DNA of 64,000 nt. It comes from Bacteroidales bacterium. Its GTDB lineage: Bacteria > Bacteroidota > Bacteroidia > Bacteroidales > GCA-2711565. The position numbers and the translations under genes are program-made. Positions 20,571 through 29,714 of the stretch are shown here, in pieces. Positions within the stretch are counted from its first letter, which is position 1. Each line of letters starts with the position of its first letter. Under the pieces are notes generated by a model, which did no database searches, was not told the DNA's origin, and saw only the letters and a program-made list of their open reading frames with translations. The stretch is from the NCBI GenBank assembly GCA_963675215.1, contig OY775914.1, positions 3,672,653 to 3,736,652 on the forward strand, read 5' to 3'.

Positions 20571-21731
20571 ATGAGCAAACAAATTTATTTAGACAATTCA
20601 GCAACTTCATTTCCAAAGCCGGAAGAAGTATACAAATTTATGGATCACTTTTACAGAAATAATGGAGTTAGCCCGGGAAGATCAGGTTTTGATGCCGCCA
20701 TCGAAGCGGAAGAAGTGGTAATGAATACCAGAAAAATGCTTACAAAACTTTTTAATGGAGACAATCCAGATCATTTAACCTTCAGCTATAATGCAAGTGA
20801 TTCTCTGAATATGATCATCAATGGCTTGTCCGAAAAAGGAGATCATGTGGTAACAACAATGTTAGAGCATAATTCGGTTTTACGCCCATTGCATCATTTA
20901 ATGTTAGATGGAATCATAGAGGTCGATCATATTCCATTTGATGAACATGGTTATGTTAATCCTAATGACATCAAAAAAGCGATTAAGAAGAATACCAAAA
21001 TGGTGATCGTAAATCACAGTTCGAATATTATAGGAACAGTGCAAGATGCAACTGCTATTGGAAAGATTTGTCGAGAAGCAGGTGTTATTTTTGTTTTAGA
21101 TGCAAGCCAAAGCGCTGGAATTATACCCATTGATATGAAAGCAATGAACATTGATGTTTTGGCATTTACCGGTCATAAATGTTTAATGGGCCCTACCGGC
21201 ATTGGCGGTTCTTATGTAAATGAAAATGTACCCATTAAAGGAACACGCTATGGAGGGACAGGCGTACGATCAGCTCAAGAGACACATCTTGAAGAATTTC
21301 CATATAGAATGGAATGTGGCACACTAAATTTAGTAGGTGTTGCTGGTCTTAATGCAGGTGTAAAATGGGTAATTGAACAAGGCATAGATAAGCTTCATAG
21401 CCATGAAATTAGATTGTGGGATAAGCTCAGAAAAGGAATTCAAGAAATTGAAGGAGTAACAACCTATTGTGCCGAAAGTACCGAAAATCAAAATGCGGTT
21501 TTAAGTTTTAATATTAAAGGTTTCGATGCCGGAGATGTGGGAATGATGTTGGATGTTGATTACAATATTGCCAGTAGAACAGGACTACAATGTGCACCCA
21601 AGGTTCACGAACGTATTGGAACTAAGGATATTCATGGAACTTGCAGATTGAGTGTCGGACCATTTAACTCGGAAGATCACATCGATGCGGCAATTGCAGC
21701 GGTAAAAGATATCGCTTCCATTAGAAATTAA
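20571..21731 (+). CDS. Class-V aminotransferase, cysteine desulfurase family
   Basis: 386 aa. PLP-lysine context FTGHKCLMGPTGIGG. Active-site loop SRTGLQCAP resembles group-II (SufS/CsdA) RxGHHCA. Confidence 0.85.
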   Translation: MSKQIYLDNSATSFPKPEEVYKFMDHFYRNNGVSPGRSGFDAAIEAEEVVMNTRKMLTKLFNGDNPDHLTFSYNASDSLNMIINGLSEKGDHVVTTMLEHNSVLRPLHHLMLDGIIEVDHIPFDEHGYVNPNDIKKAIKKNTKMVIVNHSSNIIGTVQDATAIGKICREAGVIFVLDASQSAGIIPIDMKAMNIDVLAFTGHKCLMGPTGIGGSYVNENVPIKGTRYGGTGVRSAQETHLEEFPYRMECGTLNLVGVAGLNAGVKWVIEQGIDKLHSHEIRLWDKLRKGIQEIEGVTTYCAESTENQNAVLSFNIKGFDAGDVGMMLDVDYNIASRTGLQCAPKVHERIGTKDIHGTCRLSVGPFNSEDHIDAAIAAVKDIASIRN

Positions 21732-21738
21732 GATTAAA

Positions 21739-21767
21739 GCCTCACCAAAAGTGAGGCCTTTTTATTT
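21739..21767 (+). terminator. Intrinsic terminator after the desulfurase gene
   Basis: 7-bp stem gcctcac / gtgaggc, 5-nt loop, then ctttttattt. Confidence 0.8.
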
Positions 21768-21802
21768 CTATCTTTGAGGAAAGTTAAAGATTTTCTCTGC
21801 AA

Positions 21803-22417
21803 ATGCTTTTTGAAGACACGTACCAAACCATTATTAAACCATCTGACGGTCTGTTTAAAGATCGCGGAAGTAAATTTATTGCCAAGGCATTTCCAGTACT
21901 TAGTGAAGATGATGTGAAAGCTCATTTAAACTCACTACGAAAAGAATATTATGATGCCCGTCATCACTGTTACGCTTATCAATTAGGTTTTGATAAATCT
22001 GCCTATCGGATAAATGACGATGGTGAACCATCGGGTACAGCCGGAAAACCCATTTTCGGTCAAATAAATTCGCACGACCTCACAAATATTTTAATTGTTG
22101 TAATCAGGTATTTTGGAGGAACAAAACTAGGGGTTAGCGGACTAATTAATGCTTATAAAACTGCCAGTAAAGATGCGATTTTGAATAATAAGATTGTTAC
22201 AAAAATTATAACCTACGTCTACCACATTGATTTCCAATACACAGAAATGAATGATGTTATGAAGATTATGAAGACATTTAACCTCGAACAAAGTGATCAA
22301 AAATTTGAGATGAAATGCCAACTAAATTTTGAGGTAAGAAAAAGTGAATCGGATCAAGTGTATGACAAGTTATCTAAAATTAAAAACCTAAATATCAGAT
22401 TCTTAAAATCCATATAG
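21803..22417 (+). CDS. YigZ / IMPACT family protein
   Basis: 204 aa. HHCYAY, DDGEPSGTAG and RYFGGTKLG signatures. Confidence 0.85.
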   Translation: MLFEDTYQTIIKPSDGLFKDRGSKFIAKAFPVLSEDDVKAHLNSLRKEYYDARHHCYAYQLGFDKSAYRINDDGEPSGTAGKPIFGQINSHDLTNILIVVIRYFGGTKLGVSGLINAYKTASKDAILNNKIVTKIITYVYHIDFQYTEMNDVMKIMKTFNLEQSDQKFEMKCQLNFEVRKSESDQVYDKLSKIKNLNIRFLKSI

Positions 22418-22665
22418 TTTAATTTCCGAATTTATTTTTACGATTTTTATTGAATAAACCGACTGTCATTACATATACGAATAAAAAAGATCAAAATCAA
22501 GTGTATTTTTATTTTTTTCTTAACTTTTTTAATCACATATTTGTTAATTGTTTTTGCAGTTTCCTAATTAAGTGAATATCAAGATTAACTCAAAATTTTG
22601 ATGTTTGAATTTCAAGAATACTAAAAATAAAAGTTTAACAAATCATTTAATAATTCTTTTCGCTG

Positions 22666-24102
22666 ATGAGAAAAAATCACGTTGAAGTCTGGGACAATTG
22701 TCTCCGTGTAATTAAAGACAATATTCACTACCAAAGCTTCAAAACATGGTTTGAACCTATTACACCTCTTAAACTAGATAACAGCGTACTAACCATTCAA
22801 GTACCGAGTCAATTTTTTTATGAATGGTTAGAAGAACATTATATTAGCTTACTTAAAAAAACGATTAGTAAAGAACTTGGTGCCGAAGGAAGATTAGAAT
22901 ACAGCATCATTATGGATAATTCAGTAAACAGCAAATCTCCCTACGCTATAAAAATCCCTACTTCAAATAGAAAAGACACTAAAAACCCTGCCGTTTCCAT
23001 GCCGATAGATCTTAACAAAGGTAAATCGAGAGATATTCCAAATCCATTTATCATACCTGGATTAAAAAAACTAAAAGTCCAATCTCAACTGGTGGACTCA
23101 TATTCATTTGAAAACTTTGTAGAAGGTGATTGTAATCGCCTGGCCAGATCTGCTGGCTATGCTGTTGCTGAGAACCCGGGCCGCACAGCTTTTAATCCGC
23201 TATACCTCTACAGTAATGTTGGACTGGGCAAAACCCATCTTGCTCATGCCATCGGCTTGCAAGTAAAAAACAATTTCCCAAACCAAACCGTACTTTATGT
23301 TTCGGCTGAGCAGTTTATCGCCCAATACATTGATTCGGTAAGAAATAACAATCAAAATGACTTTGTGCATTTTTATCAAATGATTGATGTACTTATCGTT
23401 GATGACATCCAATTTTTATCGGGCAAAGAAAAAACACAAGATGTATTTTTTCATGTCTTTAATTTCTTGCATCAAAAAAGCAAACAAATAATCATTACTT
23501 CAGATAAACCACCTGTTGAAATGAAAGGCATGGAACCTCGATTACTCTCACGTTTTAAATGGGGCTTGGCAGCTGACCTACAAGTGCCTGACTTAGAAAC
23601 ACGTATCGCCATCCTTCAAAAAAGATTATACAATGACGGCATTGAAATGCCTTACGAAGTTATTGAGTATTTGGCTTATAGTATTACAACAAATATTCGA
23701 GAACTTGAAGGTGCATTGATTTCAATCATGGCACAATCTTCTTTAAACAAAAAAGCAATTAACCTTGATCTTGCCAGACAGATGATTGACAAATTTGTCA
23801 AAAACACATCCAGAGAAATTTCCATTGATTACATTCAAAAAGTAGTTTGCGATTATTTTAATTTACCACTGGATGTAATCAATTCAAAAACACGTAAAAG
23901 AGAAATTGTACAAGCACGCCAATTAGCAATGTATTTTTCTAAAAAGCACACCAAATCTTCATTGGCAACCATCGGAATGCACTGCGGGAACAAAGATCAC
24001 GCTACGGTATTACATGCTTGCCGAACGGTAAACAACCTCGTTGAAACTGATAAGCAGTTCCGTACCTATGTTGAAGAATTAGACAAGAAAATTAAGCTCT
24101 AA
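22666..24102 (+). CDS. dnaA: Chromosomal replication initiator DnaA
   Basis: 478 aa. Walker A GLGKTHL, Walker B LIVDDIQF, NIRELEG sensor, C-terminal DNA-binding helix (IVQARQLAMYF...DHATVLHA). Confidence 0.97.
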   Translation: MRKNHVEVWDNCLRVIKDNIHYQSFKTWFEPITPLKLDNSVLTIQVPSQFFYEWLEEHYISLLKKTISKELGAEGRLEYSIIMDNSVNSKSPYAIKIPTSNRKDTKNPAVSMPIDLNKGKSRDIPNPFIIPGLKKLKVQSQLVDSYSFENFVEGDCNRLARSAGYAVAENPGRTAFNPLYLYSNVGLGKTHLAHAIGLQVKNNFPNQTVLYVSAEQFIAQYIDSVRNNNQNDFVHFYQMIDVLIVDDIQFLSGKEKTQDVFFHVFNFLHQKSKQIIITSDKPPVEMKGMEPRLLSRFKWGLAADLQVPDLETRIAILQKRLYNDGIEMPYEVIEYLAYSITTNIRELEGALISIMAQSSLNKKAINLDLARQMIDKFVKNTSREISIDYIQKVVCDYFNLPLDVINSKTRKREIVQARQLAMYFSKKHTKSSLATIGMHCGNKDHATVLHACRTVNNLVETDKQFRTYVEELDKKIKL

Positions 24103-24208
24103 GCCTTTATATTACTTGGACTCTTTGCAATTTTTAGTTAACTTTAGTAAATCATTACGCAATCACGTATAATACGTGCCTCTAATAACCTTATTAATCA
24201 ACATAAAA

Positions 24209-24664
24209 ATGAAAATACTATTTGTAAGCTTGGGAAATATTTGTACGTCGCCATTAGCAGAAGGGATTCTCAAATACAAACTCAAAGAAAAAAAAATCAA
24301 CGCAACTGTTGAATCTGCAGGATTTGAATCTTACAACATAAATGAAGCACCAAATGAAGAAGTTATAAATTTTGCCAAGAAAAAAGGGATTGATATTTCA
24401 AAAAACAGATGCCGATTATTTATAAGTGAAGATTTTGATAAATTTGATAAAATTTATGTTGCCGATTCGGCAAGCTACCGTGATGTTCAATTTTTTGCCA
24501 GAAATGAAAAAGAAATGGAAAAAGTAGAATATCTGCTGGGTGTGGTTGATGGAACAAATAAAGCCGTACCTAAACTTTTTTTAGAAGGAGAAAAAGGTTT
24601 GGTAAAATTATTTAACATTCTGGATGAAGCATGTGAAATCATTGCCAATAAAGTAATTAAATAA
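24209..24664 (+). CDS. Low-molecular-weight phosphotyrosine phosphatase homologue with a degenerate active site (predicted inactive)
   Basis: MKILFVSLGNICTSPLAEG aligns to the canonical (V/I)LFVCLGNICRSPMAEG, so the nucleophile is C->S and the P-loop Arg is R->T. The DPYY general-acid loop reads VPKLFL. ATG at 24209 is preferred to the GTG at 24176. Confidence 0.8.
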   Translation: MKILFVSLGNICTSPLAEGILKYKLKEKKINATVESAGFESYNINEAPNEEVINFAKKKGIDISKNRCRLFISEDFDKFDKIYVADSASYRDVQFFARNEKEMEKVEYLLGVVDGTNKAVPKLFLEGEKGLVKLFNILDEACEIIANKVIK

Positions 24665-24676
24665 ATTGAATCTAAA

Positions 24677-25636
24677 TTGAAAAACCAATTCATTGCCCCT
24701 GATGCGTCAACCATCATACAAGCCCACGAAAGAATAAAAAAATACATCCATCGTACTCCGGTTCTTTCTTGTCAAAATATTAATAATCATCTGAAAGCAG
24801 ATATTTACTTTAAATGCGAAAATTTTCAGAAAGTTGGTGCCTTTAAAGCCAGAGGAGCAACAAATGCCGTCATGTCGCTATCAGATGAGATGGTGTCAAA
24901 TGGTGTTTGTACTCACTCTTCGGGTAATCATGCGCAAGCACTTGCACGGGCAGCTAAGCTCAGAAACATTGTAGCTTACATTGTTATGCCTAATACTGCT
25001 CCAAAAGTAAAAATTGCTGCAGTTAAACAATATGGGGGTGAAATTACTTTTTGCGAACCTACTTTAGCAGCAAGGGAAGCAACCATCAAAAAAATTATTG
25101 CGCAAACCTCAGCCAAGGAAATACATCCGTATAATAACCTGCAAATTATCGCTGGCCAGGCAACGGCAGCAAAAGAACTTATTGAAGATCATCCTGACCT
25201 GGACATAATCATAGCTCCAGTTGGTGGAGGGGGTTTGTTAAGTGGCACCTCATTGTCGGCCAAATATTTTTCATCAAATATAAAAGTTATAGCAGCTGAA
25301 CCAGATAATGCTGATGACGCATTTCAATCATTCTACAAAAAAGAACTCATTCCATCTGTAAATCCAAACACGATTGCTGATGGATTATTAACTTCGCTGG
25401 GTAGCATCACATACCCAATAATTTTAGAAAATGTTGATCAGATAGTTACGGCAAGCGAATCTGCCATCATTGATGCTATGAAATTAATATGGGAACGTAT
25501 GAAAATCATTATTGAACCTTCATCTGCTGTTCCACTTGCTACAATTATCGAAAATAAATTTGATTATCGAAATAAAAAAATAGGAATTATCCTCTCGGGA
25601 GGAAATGTTGATTTATCAAAACTGCCTTGGGTATAA
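24677..25636 (+). CDS. PLP-dependent serine/threonine dehydratase family enzyme
   Basis: 319 aa. PLP-lysine motif KVGAFKARGA and glycine loop PVGGGGLLSG. Apparent TTG start. Confidence 0.85.
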   Translation: MKNQFIAPDASTIIQAHERIKKYIHRTPVLSCQNINNHLKADIYFKCENFQKVGAFKARGATNAVMSLSDEMVSNGVCTHSSGNHAQALARAAKLRNIVAYIVMPNTAPKVKIAAVKQYGGEITFCEPTLAAREATIKKIIAQTSAKEIHPYNNLQIIAGQATAAKELIEDHPDLDIIIAPVGGGGLLSGTSLSAKYFSSNIKVIAAEPDNADDAFQSFYKKELIPSVNPNTIADGLLTSLGSITYPIILENVDQIVTASESAIIDAMKLIWERMKIIIEPSSAVPLATIIENKFDYRNKKIGIILSGGNVDLSKLPWV

Positions 25637-26356
25637 ATGAATATAAAAAAACATAAAGGAATTCTTTACTTAATCCCGACTAAACTGGGATCATCTTCTT
25701 ATGAAAGGGTTTTCCCTGAGTATAACCGCAACATCATCCTTAACCTAAAACACTTTATAATCGAAGATATTCGTTCTGCACGAAGATTCTTAAAAAGCTT
25801 AAATTATCCTGGGAATTTTGATAACGTTGTTTTTCAGGACTTAAACAAACACACTAAAGAAGAGGATACCTACTCCTATTTAAACCCAATTGAACATTCA
25901 AAAAACATTGGACTCATGTCGGAAGCCGGAGTTCCGTGTGTTGCAGATCCAGGAAATTTAATTGTAAAAAGAGCACACGAATTAGGCTATAAAATTGTAC
26001 CATTGGTTGGCCCATCTTCCATCTTGTTGGCTTTAATTGCTTCCGGATTTAATGGTCAAAACTTTTCCTTTATAGGATATCTTCCGGTTAAGCCCAGTGA
26101 GCGAGATAAGAAAATTAAAGAAATAGAAACTGATACCAGAAAATCAGGGCAAACTAAAATATTCATCGAAACACCTTATCGCAACCAACAATTATTTAAT
26201 GCCATTATTGCAAATTGCCATCCCGACACAATGATGTGCCTCGCTTCAGATATCACCCTCGATTCAGAATCGATCGAAAGTAAAAACATGGATGCATGGA
26301 AAAAATCACCGCCAGACTTCCAGAAGAAGCCGACGGTGTTTCTAATTTCGGTTTAA
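25637..26356 (+). CDS. SAM-dependent methyltransferase, tetrapyrrole-methylase (RsmI-like) fold
   Basis: 239 aa. GILYLIPT...MSEAGVPCVADPG pattern. Start abuts the previous stop. Confidence 0.7.
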   Translation: MNIKKHKGILYLIPTKLGSSSYERVFPEYNRNIILNLKHFIIEDIRSARRFLKSLNYPGNFDNVVFQDLNKHTKEEDTYSYLNPIEHSKNIGLMSEAGVPCVADPGNLIVKRAHELGYKIVPLVGPSSILLALIASGFNGQNFSFIGYLPVKPSERDKKIKEIETDTRKSGQTKIFIETPYRNQQLFNAIIANCHPDTMMCLASDITLDSESIESKNMDAWKKSPPDFQKKPTVFLISV

Positions 26357-26362
26357 AACTTT

Positions 26363-26872
26363 TTAATGATGATGGCCATCGTCCGGACCATGTGCATGAC
26401 CATGACTGAGCTCTTCTTCAGTTGCTTCTCTAACTTCCAATATTTCGCCTGTAAAATGCAAGTTTTGGCCGGCAAGAGGATGATTAAAATCCATGGTTAT
26501 TTTATCATCTGTAATACTTAAAACTAAGCCGTTTAAAGGTTGGCCTTGCTCATTCTGCATAGGAATAACCCTGCCTACCTGAATCATTTCCTCATCAATT
26601 TTACCCTCAATCTCAAATATTTTTTTGTCCAGGGCAACTATCGCTTCTTCGTTACGCTGACCATAACCATCTTCAGCAGTTAATCCGAAGGAAAAAGAAT
26701 CACCCACTCCCAATCCTTCAAGGCTTTTTTCAAAAACGGGCAATAGCCCACCTATTCCGAAGAGATAAACAAATGGTTTTTCTTTTTCAACCTTTTGTAC
26801 CAACTCCCCATTCTCGTCATTTAACTTTAGTTCATAAGTCAAGGATACAACCTTGTTTTGTGAAATTTTCAT
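26363..26872 (-). CDS. slyD: FKBP-type peptidyl-prolyl isomerase SlyD with a His-rich C-terminal tail
   Basis: MKISQNKVVSLTYEL... FKBP plus IF-domain pattern, NHPLAG, tail HGHAHGPDDGHHH. Start moved to 26872 because a TAACTTTG promoter motif lies inside the longer track ORF. Confidence 0.85.
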   Translation of the reverse strand: MKISQNKVVSLTYELKLNDENGELVQKVEKEKPFVYLFGIGGLLPVFEKSLEGLGVGDSFSFGLTAEDGYGQRNEEAIVALDKKIFEIEGKIDEEMIQVGRVIPMQNEQGQPLNGLVLSITDDKITMDFNHPLAGQNLHFTGEILEVREATEEELSHGHAHGPDDGHHH

Positions 26873-26929
26873 CTGATAAATCTTAGTATTACATTTTTTT
26901 AATAAAATAAATTCGCTAATTGCGTGTGG

Positions 26930-26937
26930 CAAAGTTA
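26930..26937 (-). promoter_or_regulatory. -7 promoter motif TAACTTTG for slyD
   Basis: Exact TAnnTTTG on the minus strand, 58 nt upstream of the ATG at 26872. Confidence 0.4.
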
Positions 26938-27036
26938 CAATCAATTATTATTCAAAAAAATTATCGACTAGTTTGTAATGATTTTTAATTAAATTCGTCT
27001 TTTACTTATATTAATATTCAATTAAACATTATTATT

Positions 27037-27948
27037 TTGAGTGAAGAGGTATTAACCATTGAGAATCTGACCAAGGTTTATGGTAAATTAAAGGCCCTTG
27101 ATAAACTATCCATTTCTATCGAAAAAGGCAATATTTATGGAATATTGGGGCCAAATGGAAGTGGAAAAACAACTACACTGGGCATTGTTTTAGATGCCAT
27201 CAATGCAACATCGGGTAGCTTTAAATGGTTTGGGAATAAGCCAAGTAAAGCAGAACGAAAACGTGTTGGTGCCATTTTAGAAACCCCGGTTTTTTATCCC
27301 TATATGAGTGGTTTGAAAAACCTTGAAATTATTGCCGACATCAAGGGTGTATCTTACCATGAAATTCCGGGAATCCTAAAAACCGTTGATCTTTTTGAAC
27401 GCCAGAACAGCAAATTCAAAACTTATTCGTTAGGAATGAAGCAAAGGCTTGCACTTGCAGCTGCGCTGATCGGAAATCCTGAGGTATTGATTCTTGACGA
27501 ACCTACCAATGGATTAGATCCACAAGGGATTGCAGAAATCAGGAATCTGATAAAAAAAATTGCCAAACAAGGATTGACCATTGTTTTAGCAAGTCATTTA
27601 CTAGATGAAGTGCAAAAAGTATGCACCCATGTAGTTGTGCTGGAAAAGGGTAAAAAATTGTTTGCAGGAAAAGTGGATGAAGTATTAAGTGATTCGGTTC
27701 TTGTTGAAATTGCAGGACCGGATATGGATAAAATTGAAGCTGTTCTGAGCAGTTCGGATTTCATTAATCAATTTGACAGAGAAGAACAGGTGTTTCTGGT
27801 AAAACTAAAGGTTGGATTTGATAGTTCAGTACTTAACAAATCACTATTTGAACAAGGAATTCAAGTTTCTCATATTTCGCTTCGAAAGAAAAGTTTAGAA
27901 AATTATTTTTTAGAATTATTAGCTGAATCTCATGATAAGACTTCTTAA
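27037..27948 (+). CDS. ABC transporter ATP-binding protein
   Basis: Walker A GPNGSGKTT, signature LGMKQRL, Walker B LILDEPTNGLD. TTG start. Confidence 0.9.
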   Translation: MSEEVLTIENLTKVYGKLKALDKLSISIEKGNIYGILGPNGSGKTTTLGIVLDAINATSGSFKWFGNKPSKAERKRVGAILETPVFYPYMSGLKNLEIIADIKGVSYHEIPGILKTVDLFERQNSKFKTYSLGMKQRLALAAALIGNPEVLILDEPTNGLDPQGIAEIRNLIKKIAKQGLTIVLASHLLDEVQKVCTHVVVLEKGKKLFAGKVDEVLSDSVLVEIAGPDMDKIEAVLSSSDFINQFDREEQVFLVKLKVGFDSSVLNKSLFEQGIQVSHISLRKKSLENYFLELLAESHDKTS

Positions 27949-28735
27949 AATAGAATTTAAAAAAGTAGCTAACAATAAAGCTTTTTGGATACTAATCGGG
28001 CTTTACGCACTTATTTTGGGCACCATCCTTTTTGGTGTACAAACGGTTATCAATGAATTTATGGTTGATGCAGGGAAGAAGGCTCCAATTCCGGTAACTA
28101 AAATCACAATCTACGATTTTCCGGGAATATGGCAAAACCTAACCTACTTAGCTGGTTATCTGAAAATGATACTTGCAATCGTTGTCATTATTTTTATTAC
28201 CAATGAATATTCGTATCGAACCATTCGGCAAAATATAATTACCGGACTTTCAAGGTGGGATTTTTTATTATCCAAACTTTTAATGATTGCAGTTATTAGT
28301 ATTGGAGCAACCTTATTTCTCTTCATTATTGGACTAATACTCGGTTTTACAAACACACCCGAAGTTAAATTTTCGATGATGTTCGAAAATATGGTTTTTG
28401 TATTTACCTATCTACTCGAACTATTCGCTTTCATGACTTTTGCCTTAATGTTAGGAATACTTGCGAAACGTTCAGGTATTACGATTGGGTTGTTATTATT
28501 ATATTTCTATGTCATAGAGAGATACATCAATTATAAACTTCCGAACGACCTGGGTGACTTCCTGCCCATACAATCGATTGGCAGATTAATTGACATCCCA
28601 AATACAGATATAATGAAGATGTTTAGTGTAAATTTCAGAGCTTTTGTTTCTTTTCAGGATGTAATCATCGTTGCACTGTATACGGCCCTGTTTGTTTTTT
28701 TAATGCACCTCATCTTAAAAAAGAGAGATCTTTAA
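27932..28735 (+). CDS. ABC-2 type transporter permease
   Basis: 267 aa with 6 hydrophobic spans. Overlaps the ATPase gene by 17 nt. Confidence 0.7.
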   Translation: MIRLLKIEFKKVANNKAFWILIGLYALILGTILFGVQTVINEFMVDAGKKAPIPVTKITIYDFPGIWQNLTYLAGYLKMILAIVVIIFITNEYSYRTIRQNIITGLSRWDFLLSKLLMIAVISIGATLFLFIIGLILGFTNTPEVKFSMMFENMVFVFTYLLELFAFMTFALMLGILAKRSGITIGLLLLYFYVIERYINYKLPNDLGDFLPIQSIGRLIDIPNTDIMKMFSVNFRAFVSFQDVIIVALYTALFVFLMHLILKKRDL

Positions 28736-28871
28736 GAATAATATTTATACGTTTTCCGACCTAATTTAGATTAAAATTTTAGCAAAAAATATCTTAACGC
28801 TAATTTATTAGCTCGTTACGGCCATAGTTTTTTAACATCTGTTTTTCTTACATTGTTTTAAAAAAATGAAC

Positions 28872-28879
28872 TATATTTG
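28872..28879 (+). promoter_or_regulatory. -7 promoter motif TATATTTG
   Basis: Exact TAnnTTTG. ATG at 28898, 19 nt after the motif ends. Confidence 0.45.
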
Positions 28880-28897
28880 ACTAGCAAAGAATAAATA

Positions 28898-29707
28898 ATG
28901 CGCGATAAGTTTAAAGTAAAAGATCAAGAAACTTTTGAGGACTTCAAAATCAGTCTTTCTAAAAGAATTTTTGATGTTACATTTTCAATTTTTGCCTTAC
29001 TGGTATTAAGCCCTATCTGGATATTGGCAATAATATTCATCAAAATTAGTTCAAAAGGACCGGTATTTTATATTTCCAGAAGAGTTGGAACTGGTTACGA
29101 CATCTTTAATTTCTACAAATTGAGATCCATGTATGTTGGCTCTGATGAAAAACGAGCAGAACTTTCTGAACTCAATCAATATCTGATAGACCAATATAAA
29201 AATGGAAAAAATTATTCGTTTGCTGATAAATGTATTGAATGTGAAAAACTTGGCAAACCCTGCTCACCCATTTTGCATATTGATGGTGTAGAAATTTGTG
29301 AAAATCAATATTTAAAACGAAAGCGTGAACAAACCAATACCATTACCTTTTTTAAAGTTAAAAATGATCCTCGCCTGACGAGGGTTGGGAAAATTATCAG
29401 GAACTTTAACATAGATGAGATCCCGCAATTTGTAAATGTTATTAAAGGAGATATGTCCATTGTCGGAAATAGACCGCTACCCTTATATGAAGCTGAAAAA
29501 CTAACTGATGATCAATGGGCTTTAAGATTTCTATCACCTGCCGGAATAACCGGGCTATGGCAGGTTAGGCAAAGTGATGCTGAAAAACTATCCTCTGAAG
29601 CCAGAAAAAGCCTCGACAATCAATATGTTTTAAATGCATCTTTTTGGGGCGACATCAAGCTTATTCTCAGAACCATCCCTGCTATTTTCAAAAACCCAAG
29701 AAGCTGA
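28898..29707 (+). CDS. Small (monotopic-type) phosphoglycosyl / bacterial sugar transferase with a Cys-rich insertion
   Basis: KRIFD...reentrant helix, YKLRSM, NDPRLTRVG, DEIPQFVNVIKGDMSIVGNRP. 78 aa separate RSM from DPR, against 16 aa in the paralogue at 59861-61282. Confidence 0.85.
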   Translation: MRDKFKVKDQETFEDFKISLSKRIFDVTFSIFALLVLSPIWILAIIFIKISSKGPVFYISRRVGTGYDIFNFYKLRSMYVGSDEKRAELSELNQYLIDQYKNGKNYSFADKCIECEKLGKPCSPILHIDGVEICENQYLKRKREQTNTITFFKVKNDPRLTRVGKIIRNFNIDEIPQFVNVIKGDMSIVGNRPLPLYEAEKLTDDQWALRFLSPAGITGLWQVRQSDAEKLSSEARKSLDNQYVLNASFWGDIKLILRTIPAIFKNPRS

Positions 29708-29714
29708 GTCAAGC

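Noticed and set aside
22418-22665. AT-rich 248-nt region upstream of dnaA as a candidate oriC
   Set aside because: By eye I found no TTATCCACA/TGTGGATAA boxes. The best match is TTAATCACA, with 2 mismatches, in a single copy. I cannot call an origin without a proper DnaA-box and GC-skew scan of the whole replicon.
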